Shown here: piece after piece, positions 11,001-23,700 of the stretch
Layout of the letters: the number at the start of each line of letters is the position of its first letter
Numbering within the stretch: position 1 is the first letter of the stretch
Assembly (NCBI GenBank): GCA_964057225.1
Contig: OZ059897.1
Location: 558,001 to 622,000 of the forward strand
Origin: Auanema rhodensis
Taxonomy: Eukaryota; Animalia; Nematoda
Length of the DNA: 64,000 nucleotides
Direction of reading: 5' to 3'
Program-made: the position numbers and the translations under genes
The notes under the pieces: model-generated
What the model saw: only the letters and a program-made list of their open reading frames with translations
Database searches by the model: none
Told to the model about the DNA's origin: nothing

Positions 11001-14000
11001 ATTCTTCAGGGTGAAAATCGAGGATATAGGTGTGAACTTATATCAGTTGATATCTCGGTGCATCTTTAAGCTAGCGCAAATCTGATAGTACAGATCGACG
11101 CAGCTTAATAATCCGCATCGAATGCACTATACTACATTGAGAAACGCTTAATACAAAAATTAGTTATGATCGTTTGAAAAATGATGCAATAGTGTATGTT
11201 GAGTTTCCATGTACACTCAAAATTGCTTCCAAAAACATTTTGACAAAAATTTTTTCGAAAAATTTCAAAATAATTTAGCAAAAAGTAGATGTTTTTAGAT
11301 TCCTTTTTTCAAGGCAAAAACGATGGACAATGTTATTCAACGAAAAAATTAATTCTTCAGGGTGAAAATCGAGGATATAAGTGTGAATTTATATCAGTTG
11401 ATATCTCGGTGCATTTTGAAGCTAGGGGAAATCTGATAACACAAATCGACGCAGCTTAATAATCCGCATCGAATGCACTATACTACATTGAGAAACGCTT
11501 AATACAAAAATTAGTTATGATCGTTTGAAAAATGATGCATTAGTGTATGTTGAGTTTCCATGTACACTCAACATTGCTTCCAAAAACATTTTGACAAAAA
11601 TTTTTTCGAAATATTTCAAAATAATTTAGCAAAAAGTTGATGTTTTTAGATTCCTTTTTTCAAGGCAAAAACGATGGACAATGTTATTCAACGAAAAAAT
11701 TAATTCTTCAGGGTGAAAATCGAGGATATAGGTGTGAACTTATATCAGTTGATATCTCGGTGCATCTTTAAGCTAGCGCAAATCTGATAGTACAGATCGA
11801 CGCAGCTTAATAATCCGCATCGAATGCACTATACTACATTGAGAAACGCTTAATACAAAAATTAGTTATGATCGTTTGAAAAATGATGCATTAGTGTATG
11901 TTGAGTTTCCATGTACACTCAACATTGCTTCCAAAAACATTTTGACAAAAATTTTTTCGAAATATTTCAAAATAATTTAGCAAAAAGTAGATGTTTTTAG
12001 ATTCCTTTTTTCGAGGCAAAAACGATGGACAATGTTATTCAACGAAAAAATTAATTCTTCAGGGTGAAAATCGAGGATATAAGTGTGAACTTATATCAGA
12101 TGATATCTAGGTGCATTTTTAAGCTAGCGCAAATCTGATAACACAGATCGACGCAGCTTAAAAATCCGCATCGAATGCACTTTACTACATTAAGAAAAGC
12201 TTAATACAAAAATTAGTTATGATCGTTTGAAAAATGATGCATTAGTGTATGTTGAGTTTCCATGTACACTCAACATTGCTTCCAAAAACATTTTGACAAA
12301 AATTTTTTCGAAATATTTCAAAATAATTTAGCAAAAAGTAGATGTTTTTAGATTCCTTTTTTTGAGGCAAAAACGATGGACAATGTTATTCAACGAAAAA
12401 ATTAATTCTTCAGGGTGAAAATCGAGGATATAGGTGTGAACTTATATCAGTTGATATCTCGGTGCATCTTTAAGCTAGCGCAAATCTGATAGTACAGATC
12501 GACGCAGCTTAAAAATGCGCATCGAATGCATTATAATACATGGAGAAACGCTCAATACAAAAATTAGTTATGATTGTTTGAAAAATGATGCATTAGTGTA
12601 TGTTGAGTTACCATGTACACTCAACATTGCTTCCAAAAACATTTTGACAAAACTTTTTTCGAAAAATTTCAAAATAATTTCGCAAAAAGTAGATGTTTTT
12701 AGATTCCTTTTTTCAAGGCAAAAACGATGGACAATGTTTTTCAACGAAAAAATTAATTCTTCAGGGTGAAAATCGAGGATATAAGTGTGAACTTATATCA
12801 GTTGATATCTCGGTGCATTTTGAAGCTAGGGGAAATCTGATAACACAAATCGACGCAGCTTAATAATCCGCATCGAATGCACTATACTACATTGAGAAAC
12901 GCTTAATACAAAAATTAGTTATGATCGTTTGAAAAATGATGCATTAGTGTATGTTGAGTTTCCATGTACACTCAACATTGCTTCCAAAAACATTTTGAAA
13001 AAAATTTTTTCGAAAAATTTTAAGATAATTTAGCGAAAAGTAGATGTTTTTAGATTCCTTTTTTTGAGGCAAAAACGATGGACAATGTTATTCAACGAAA
13101 AAATTAATTCTTCAGGGTGAAAATCGAGGATATAAGTGTGAACTTATATCAGTCGATATCTCGGTGCATTTTCAAGCTAGCGCAAATCTGATAGTACAGA
13201 TCGACGCAGCTTAAAAATCCGCATCGAATGCACTATACTACATTAAGAAAAGCTGAATACAAAAATTAATTATGATCGTTTGAAAAATGATGCATTAGTG
13301 TATGTTGAGTTTCCATGTACACTCAAAATTGCTTCCAAAAACATTTTGACAAAAATTTTTTCGAAAAATTTCAAAATAATTTAGCGAAAAGTAGATGTTT
13401 TTAGATTCCTTTTTTCGAGGCAAAAACGATGGACAATGTTATTCAACGAAAAAATTAATTCTTCAGGGTGAAAATCGAGGATATAAGTGTGAACTTATAT
13501 CAGTTGATATCTCGGTGCATCTTTAAGCTAGCGCAAATCTGATAACACAGATCGACGCAGCTTAAAAATCCGCATCGAATGCACTATATTACATTGAGAA
13601 ACGCTCAATACAAAAATTAGTTATGATTGTTTGAAAAATGATGCATTAGTGTATGTTGAGTTTCCATGTACACTCAACATTGCTTCCAAAAACATTTTGA
13701 CAAAACTTTTTTCGAAAAATTTCAAAATAATTTAGCGAAAAGTAGATGTTTTTAGATTCCTTTTTTTGAGGCAAAAACGATGGACAATGTTATTCAACGA
13801 AAAAATTAATTCTTCAGGGTGAAAATCGAGGATATAGGTGTGAACTTATATCAGTTGATATCTCGGTGCATCTTTAAGCTAGCGCAAATCTGTTAGTACA
13901 GATCGACGCAGCTTAATAATCCGCATCGAATGCACTATACTACATTGAGAAACGCTTAATACAAAAATTAGTTATGATCGTTTGAAAAATGATGCATTAG

Positions 14001-17000
14001 TGTATGTTGAGTTTCCATGTACACTCAACATTGCTTCCAAAAACATTTTGACAAAAATTTTTTCGAAATATTTCAAAATAATTTAGCAAAAAGTAGATGT
14101 TTTTAGATTCCTTTTTTCGAGGCAAAAACGATGGACAATGTTATTCAACGAAAAAATTAATTCTTCAGGGTGAAAATCGAGGATATAGGTGTGAACTTAT
14201 ATCAGTTGATATCTCGGTGCATCTTTAAGCTAGCGCAAATCTGATAGTACAGATCGACGCAGCTTAATAATCCGCATCGAATGCACTATACTACATTGAG
14301 AAACGCTTAATACAAAAATTAGTTATGATCGTTTGAAAAATGATGCAATAGTGTATGTTGAGTTTCCATGTACACTCAAAATTGCTTCCAAAAACATTTT
14401 GACAAAAATTTTTTCGAAAAATTTCAAAATAATTTAGCAAAAAGTAGATGTTTTTAGATTCCTTTTTTCAAGGCAAAAACGATGGACAATGTTATTCAAC
14501 GAAAAAATTAATTCTTCAGGGTGAAAATCGAGGATATAAGTGTGAATTTATATCAGTTGATATCTCGGTGCATTTTGAAGCTAGGGGAAATCTGATAACA
14601 CAAATCGACGCAGCTTAATAATCCGCATCGAATGCACTATACTACATTGAGAAACGCTTAATACAAAAATTAGTTATGATCGTTTGAAAAATGATGCATT
14701 AGTGTATGTTGAGTTTCCATGTACACTCAACATTGCTTCCAAAAACATTTTGACAAAAATTTTTTCGAAATATTTCAAAATAATTTAGCAAAAAGTAGAT
14801 GTTTTTAGATTCCTTTTTTTGAGGCAAAAACGATGGACAATGTTATTCAACGAAAAAATTAATTCTTCAGGGTGAAAATCGAGGATATAAGTGTGAACTT
14901 ATATCAGATGATATCTAGGTGCATTTTTAAGCTAGCGCAAATCTGATAACACAGATCGACGCAGCTTAAAAATCCGCATCGAATGCACTTTACTACATTA
15001 AGAAAAGCTTAATACAAAAATTAGTTATGATCGTTTGAAAAATGATGCATTAGTGTATGTTGAGTTTCCATGTACACTCAACATTGCTTCCAAAAACATT
15101 TTGACAAAAATTTTTTCGAAATATTTCAAAATAATTTAGCAAAAAGTAGATGTTTTTAGATTCCTTTTTTTGAGGCAAAAACGATGGACAATGTTATTCA
15201 ACGAAAAAATTAATTCTTCAGGGTGAAAATCGAGGATATAGGTGTGAACTTATATCAGTTGATATCTCGGTGCATCTTTAAGCTAGCGCAAATCTGATAG
15301 TACAGATCGACGCAGCTTAAAAATGCGCATCGAATGCATTATAATACATGGAGAAACGCTCAATACAAAAATTAGTTATGATTGTTTGAAAAATGATGCA
15401 TTAGTGTATGTTGAGTTTCCATGTACACTCAACATTGCTTCCAAAAACATTTTGACAAAACTTTTTTCGAAAAATTTCAAAATAATTTCGCAAAAAGTAG
15501 ATGTTTTTAGATTCCTTTTTTCAAGGCAAAAACGATGGACAATGTTTTTCAACGAAAAAATTAATTCTTCAGGGTGAAAATCGAGGATATAAGTGTGAAC
15601 TTATATCAGATGATATCTAGGTGCATTTTTAAGCTAGCGCAAATCTGATAACACAGATCGACGCAGCTTAAAAATCCGCATCGAATGCACTATATTACAT
15701 TGAGAAACGCTCAATACAAAAATAAGTTATGATCGTTTGAAAAATGATGCAATAGTGTATGTTGAGTTTCCATGTACACTCAAAATTGCTTCCAAAAACA
15801 TTTTGACAAAAATTTTTTCGAAAAATTTCAAAATAATTTAGCGAAAAGTAGATGTTTTTAGATTCCTTTTTTTGAGGCAAAAACGATGGACAATGTTATT
15901 CAACGAAAAAATTAATTCTTCAGGGTGAAAATCGAGGATATAGGTGTGAACTTATATCAGTTGATATCTCGGTGCATCTTTAAGCTAGCGCAAATCTGAT
16001 AGTACAGATCGACGCAGCTTAATAATCCGCATCGAATGCACTATACTACATTGAGAAACGCTTAATACAAAAATTAGTTATGATCGTTTGAAAAATGATG
16101 CAATAGTGTATGTTGAGTTTCCATGTACACTCAAAATTGCTTCCAAAAACATTTTGACAAAAATTTTTTCGAAAAATTTCAAAATAATTTAGCAAAAAGT
16201 AGATGTTTTTAGATTCCTTTTTTCAAGGCAAAAACGATGGACAATGTTATTCAACGAAAAAATTAATTCTTCAGGGTGAAAATCGAGGATATAAGTGTGA
16301 ATTTATATCAGTTGATATCTCGGTGCATTTTGAAGCTAGGGGAAATCTGATAACACAAATCGACGCAGCTTAATAATCCGCATCGAATGCACTATACTAC
16401 ATTGAGAAACGCTTAATACAAAAATTAGTTATGATCGTTTGAAAAATGATGCATTAGTGTATGTTGAGTTTCCATGTACACTCAACATTGCTTCCAAAAA
16501 CATTTTGACAAAAATTTTTTCGAAATATTTCAAAATAATTTAGCAAAAAGTAGATGTTTTTAGATTCCTTTTTTCAAGGCAAAAACGATGGACAATGTTA
16601 TTCAACGAAAAAATTAATTCTTCAGGGTGAAAATCGAGGATATAAGTGTGAACTTATATCAGATGATATCTAGGTGCATTTTTAAGCTAGCGCAAATCTG
16701 ATAACACAGATCGACGCAGCTTAAAAATCCGCATCGAATGCACTTTACTACATTAAGAAAAGCTTAATACAAAAATTAGTTATGATCGTTTGAAAAATGA
16801 TGCATTAGTGTATGTTGAGTTTCCATGTACACTCAACATTGCTTCCAAAAACATTTTGACAAAAATTTTTTCGAAATATTTCAAAATAATTTAGCAAAAA
16901 GTAGATGTTTTTAGATTCCTTTTTTTGAGGCAAAAACGATGGACAATGTTATTCAACGAAAAAATTAATTCTTCAGGGTGAAAATCGAGGATATAGGTGT

Positions 17001-17500
17001 GAACTTATATCAGTTGATATCTCGGTGCATCTTTAAGCTAGCGCAAATCTGATAGTACAGATCGACGCAGCTTAAAAATGCGCATCGAATGCATTATAAT
17101 ACATGGAGAAACGCTCAATACAAAAATTAGTTATGATTGTTTGAAAAATGATGCATTAGTGTATGTTGAGTTTCCATGTACACTCAACATTGCTTCCAAA
17201 AACATTTTGACAAAACTTTTTTCGAAAAATTTCAAAATAATTTCGCAAAAAGTAGATGTTTTTAGATTCCTTTTTTCAAGGCAAAAACGATGGACAATGT
17301 TTTTCAACGAAAAAATTAATTCTTCAGGGTGAAAATCGAGGATATAAGTGTGAACTTATATCAGTTGATATCTCGGTGCATTTTGAAGCTAGGGGAAATC
17401 TGATAACACAAATCGACGCAGCTTAATAATCCGCATCGAATGCACTATACTACATTGAGAAACGCTTAATACAAAAATTAGTTATGATCGTTTGAAAAAT
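5050..17500. repeat. Domain B: subfamily marked by GATAGTACAG, TTAATAATCC, CAACATTG, TGCATCTTT, GAAATATTTC and CAGATGATATCTAGG; mosaic HOR with 8, 8, 5 spacing
   Basis: A divergent marker monomer occurs at 9707, 12515, 15323 and 17078 (+2808, +2808, +1755). TGCATCTTT and GAAATATTTC were seen only in this interval. Confidence 0.82.
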
Positions 17501-18099
17501 GATGCATTAGTGTATGTTGAGTTTCCATGTACACTCAAAATTGCTTCCAAAAACATTTTGACAAAAATTTTTTCGAAAAATTTCAAAATAATTTAGCGAA
17601 AAGTAGATGTTTTTAGATTCCTTTTTTCGAGGCAAAAACGATGGACAATGTTATTCAACGAAAAAATTAATTCTTCAGGGTGAAAATCGAGGATATAAGT
17701 GTGAACTTATATCAGTTGATATCTCGGTGCATTTTCAAGCTAGCGCAAATCTGATAACACAGATCGACGCAGCTTAAAAATCCGCATCGAATGCACTATA
17801 CTACATTAAGAAAAGCTTAATACAAAAATTAGTTATGATCGTTTGAAAAATGATGCAATAGTGTATGTTGAGTTTCCATGTACACTCAAAATTGCTTCCA
17901 AAAACATTTTGACAAAAATTTTTTCGAAAAATTTCAAAATAATTTAGCGAAAAGTAGATGTTTTTAGATTCCTTTTTTCAAGGCAAAAACGATGGACAAT
18001 GTTATTCAACGAAAAAATTAATTCTTCAGGGTGAAAATCGAGGATATAAGTGTGAACTTATATCAGTTGATATCTCGGTGCATTTTTCAGCTAGCGCAA

Positions 18100-21000
18100 A
18101 TCTGATAACACAGATCGACGCAGCTTAAAAATCCGCATCGAATGCACTATACTACATTAAGAAAAGCTTAATACAAAAATTAGTTATTATCGTTTGAAAA
18201 ATGATGCAATAGTGTATGTTGAGTTTCCATGTACACTCAAAATTGCTTCCAAAAACATTTTGACAAAAATTTTTTCGAAAAATTTCAAAATAATTTAGCG
18301 AAAAGTAGATGTTTTTAGATTCCTTTTTTCAAGGCAAAAACGATGGACAATGTTATTCAACGAAAAAATTAATTCTTCAGGGTGAAAATCGAGGATATAA
18401 GTGTGAACTTATATCAGTTGATATCTCGGTGCATTTTCAAGCTAGAGGAAATCTGATAACACAGATCGACGCAGCTTAAAAATCCGCATCGAATGCACTA
18501 TACTACATTAAGAAAAGCTTAATACAAAAATTAGTTATGATCGTTTGAAAAATGATGCATTAGTGTATGTTGAGTTTCCATGTACACTCAAAATTGCTTC
18601 CAAAAACATTTTGACAAAAATTTTTTCGAAAAATTTCAAGATAATTTAGCGAAAAGTAGATGTTTTTAGATTCCTTTTTTCGAGGCAAAAACGATGGACA
18701 ATGTTATTCAACGAAAAAATTGATTCTTCAGGGTGAAAATCGAGGATATAAGTGTGAACTTATATCAGTTGATATCTCGGTGCATTTTTCAGCTAGCGCA
18801 AATCTGATAACACAAATCGACGCAGCTTAATAATCCGCATCGAATGCACTATACTACTTTGAGAAACGCTTAATACAAAAATTAGTTATGATCGTTTGAA
18901 AAATGATGCATTAGTGTATGTTGAGTTTCCATGTACACTCAAAACTGCTTCCAAAAACATTTTGACAAAAATTTTTTCGAAAAATTTCAAGATAATTTAG
19001 CGAAAAGTAGATGTTTTTAGATTCCTTTTTTCGAGGCAAAAACGATGGACAATGTTATTCAACGAAAAAAAATTAATTCTTCAGGGTGAAAATCGAGGAT
19101 ATAAGTGTGAACTTATATCAGTTGATATCTCGGTGCATTTTCAAGCTAGCGCAAATCTGATAGTACAGATCGACGCAGCTTAAAAATCCGCATCGAATGC
19201 ACTATACTACATTAAGAAAAGCTGAATACAAAAATTAGTTATGATCGTTTGAAAAATGATGCATTAGTGTATGTTGAGTTTCCATGTACACTCAAAATTG
19301 CTTCCAAAAACATTTTGACAAAAATTTTTTCGAAAAATTTCAAAATAATTTAGCGAAAAGTAGATGTTTTTAGATTCCTTTTTTCGAGGCAAAAACGATG
19401 GACAATGTTATTCAACGAAAAAATTGATTCTTCAGGGTGAAAATCGAGGATATAAGTGTGAACTTATATCAGTTGATATCTCGGTGCATTTTTCAGCTAG
19501 CGCAAATCTAATAACACAGATCGACGCAGCATAAAAATCCGCATCGAATGCACTATACTACGTTAAGAAAAGCTTAATACAAAAATAAGTTATGATCGTT
19601 TGAAAAATGATGCAATAGTGTATGTTGAGTTTCCATGTACACTCAAAATTGCTTCCAAAAACATTTTGACAAAAATTTTTTCGAAAAATTTCAAAATAAT
19701 TTAGCAAAAAGTAGATGTTTTTAGATTCCTTTTTTCAAGGCAAAAACGATGGACAATGTTATTCAACGAAAAAATTAATTCTTCAGGGTGAAAATCGAGG
19801 ATATAAGTGTGAACCTATATCAGTTGATATCTCGGTGCATTTTTAAGCTAGCGGAAATCTGATAACACAGATCGACGCAGCTTAAAAATCCGCATCGAAT
19901 GCACTATACTACATTGAGAAACGCTTAATACAAAAATTAGTTATGATCGTTTGAAAAATGATGCATTAGTGTATGTTGAGTTTCCATGTACACTCAAAAT
20001 TGCTTCCAAAAACATTTTGACAAAAATTTTTTCGAAAAATTTCAAAATAATTTAGCGAAAAGTAGATGTTTTTAGATTCCTTTTTTCAAGGCAAAAACGA
20101 TGGACAAAGTAATTCAACGAAAAAATCAATTCTTCAGGGTGAAAATCGAGGATATAGGTGTGAACTTATATCAGTTGATATCTCGGTGCATTTTGAAGCT
20201 AGGGGAAATCTGATAACACAGATCGACGCAGCTTAAAAATCCGCATCGAATGCACTATACTACATTAAGAAAAGCTTAATACAAAAATTAGTTATTATCG
20301 TTTGAAAAATGATGCAATAGTGTATGTTGAGTTTCCATGTACACTCAAAATTGCTTCCAAAAACATTTTGACAAAAATTTTTTCGAAAAATTTCAAAATA
20401 ATTTAGCGAAAAGTAGATGTTTTTAGATTCCTTTTTTCAAGGCAAAAACGATGGACAATGTTATTCAACGAAAAAATTAATTCTTCAGGGTGAAAATCGA
20501 GGATATAAGTGTGAACTTATATCAGTTGATATCTCGGTGCATTTTCAAGCTAGAGGAAATCTGATAACACAGATCGACGCAGCTTAAAAATCCGCATCGA
20601 ATGCACTATACTACATTAAGAAAAGCTTAATACAAAAATTAGTTATGATCGTTTGAAAAATGATGCATTAGTGTATGTTGAGTTTCCATGTACACTCAAA
20701 ATTGCTTCCAAAAACATTTTGACAAAAATTTTTTCGAAAAATTTCAAGATAATTTAGCGAAAAGTAGATGTTTTTAGATTCCTTTTTTCGAGGCAAAAAC
20801 GATGGACAATGTTATTCAACGAAAAAATTGATTCTTCAGGGTGAAAATCGAGGATATAAGTGTGAACTTATATCAGTTGATATCTCGGTGCATTTTTCAG
20901 CTAGCGCAAATCTGATAACACAAATCGACGCAGCTTAATAATCCGCATCGAATGCACTATACTACTTTGAGAAACGCTTAATACAAAAATTAGTTATGAT

Positions 21001-23700
21001 CGTTTGAAAAATGATGCATTAGTGTATGTTGAGTTTCCATGTACACTCAAAACTGCTTCCAAAAACATTTTGACAAAAATTTTTTCGAAAAATTTCAAGA
21101 TAATTTAGCGAAAAGTAGATGTTTTTAGATTCCTTTTTTCAAGGCAAAAACGATGGACAATGTTATTCAACGAAAAAATTAATTCTTCAGGGTGAAAATC
21201 GAGGATATAAGTGTGAACCTATATCAGTTGATATCTCGGTGCATTTTCAAGCTAGCGCAAATCTGATAGTACAGATCGACGCAGCTTAAAAATCCGCATC
21301 GAATGCACTATACTACATTAAGAAAAGCTGAATACAAAAATTAGTTATGATCGTTTGAAAAATGATGCATTAGTGTATGTTGAGTTTCCATGTACACTCA
21401 AAATTGCTTCCAAAAACATTTTGACAAAAATTTTTTCGAAAAATTTCAAAATAATTTAGCGAAAAGTAGATGTTTTTAGATTCCTTTTTTCGAGGCAAAA
21501 ACGATGGACAATGTTATTCAACGAAAAAATTGATTCTTCAGGGTGAAAATCGAGGATATAAGTGTGAACTTATATCAGTTGATATCTCGGTGCATTTTTC
21601 AGCTAGCGCAAATCTGATAACACAAATCGACGCAGCTTAATAATCCGCATCGAATGCACTATACTACTTTGAGAAACGCTTAATACAAAAATTAGTTATT
21701 ATCGTTTGAAAAATGATGCAATAGTGTATGTTGAGTTTCCATGTACACTCAAAATTGCTTCCAAAAACATTTTGACAAAAATTTTTTCGAAAAATTTCAA
21801 AATAATTTAGCGAAAAGTAGATGTTTTTAGATTCCTTTTTTCAAGGCAAAAACGATGGACAATGTTATTCAACGAAAAAATTAATTCTTCAGGGTGAAAA
21901 TCGAGGATATAAGTGTGAACTTATATCAGTTGATATCTCGGTGCATTTTCAAGCTAGAGGAAATCTGATAACACAGATCGACGCAGCTTAAAAATCCGCA
22001 TCGAATGCACTATACTACATTAAGAAAAGCTTAATACAAAAATTAGTTATGATCGTTTGAAAAATGATGCATTAGTGTATGTTGAGTTTCCATGTACACT
22101 CAAAATTGCTTCCAAAAACATTTTGACAAAAATTTTTTCGAAAAATTTCAAGATAATTTAGCGAAAAGTAGATGTTTTTAGATTCCTTTTTTCGAGGCAA
22201 AAACGATGGACAATGTTATTCAACGAAAAAATTGATTCTTCAGGGTGAAAATCGAGGATATAAGTGTGAACTTATATCAGTTGATATCTCGGTGCATTTT
22301 TCAGCTAGCGCAAATCTGATAACACAAATCGACGCAGCTTAATAATCCGCATCGAATGCACTATACTACTTTGAGAAACGCTTAATACAAAAATTAGTTA
22401 TGATCGTTTGAAAAATGATGCATTAGTGTATGTTGAGTTTCCATGTACACTCAAAACTGCTTCCAAAAACATTTTGACAAAAATTTTTTCGAAAAATTTC
22501 AAGATAATTTAGCGAAAAGTAGATGTTTTTAGATTCCTTTTTTCGAGGCAAAAACGATGGACAATGTTATTCAACGAAAAAAAATTAATTCTTCAGGGTG
22601 AAAATCGAGGATATAAGTGTGAACTTATATCAGTTGATATCTCGGTGCATTTTCAAGCTAGCGCAAATCTGATAGTACAGATCGACGCAGCTTAAAAATC
22701 CGCATCGAATGCACTATACTACATTAAGAAAAGCTGAATACAAAAATTAGTTATGATCGTTTGAAAAATGATGCATTAGTGTATGTTGAGTTTCCATGTA
22801 CACTCAAAATTGCTTCCAAAAACATTTTGACAAAAATTTTTTCGAAAAATTTCAAAATAATTTAGCGAAAAGTAGATGTTTTTAGATTCCTTTTTTCGAG
22901 GCAAAAACGATGGACAATGTTATTCAACGAAAAAATTGATTCTTCAGGGTGAAAATCGAGGATATAAGTGTGAACTTATATCAGTTGATATCTCGGTGCA
23001 TTTTTCAGCTAGCGCAAATCTAATAACACAGATCGACGCAGCATAAAAATCCGCATCGAATGCACTATACTACGTTAAGAAAAGCTTAATACAAAAATAA
23101 GTTATGATCGTTTGAAAAATGATGCAATAGTGTATGTTGAGTTTCCATGTACACTCAAAATTGCTTCCAAAAACATTTTGACAAAAATTTTTTCGAAAAA
23201 TTTCAAAATAATTTAGCAAAAAGTAGATGTTTTTAGATTCCTTTTTTCAAGGCAAAAACGATGGACAATGTTATTCAACGAAAAAATTAATTCTTCAGGG
23301 TGAAAATCGAGGATATAAGTGTGAACCTATATCAGTTGATATCTCGGTGCATTTTTAAGCTAGCGGAAATCTGATAACACAGATCGACGCAGCTTAAAAA
23401 TCCGCATCGAATGCACTATACTACATTGAGAAACGCTTAATACAAAAATTAGTTATGATCGTTTGAAAAATGATGCATTAGTGTATGTTGAGTTTCCATG
23501 TACACTCAAAATTGCTTCCAAAAACATTTTGACAAAAATTTTTTCGAAAAATTTCAAAATAATTTAGCGAAAAGTAGATGTTTTTAGATTCCTTTTTTCA
23601 AGGCAAAAACGATGGACAATGTAATTCAACGAAAAAATCAATTCTTCAGGGTGAAAATCGAGGATATAGGTGTGAACTTATATCAGTTGATATCTCGGTG
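18100..23700. repeat. Domain C: 10-monomer duplication built from a 6-mer plus a 4-mer
   Basis: The +2 A insertion (about 19070/22582) and the CTAATAAC/GCATAAA/TACGTT cluster (19510/23022) recur at +3512. GTTATTATC occurs at 18188, 20296 and 21700 (+2108, +1404). Confidence 0.9.
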
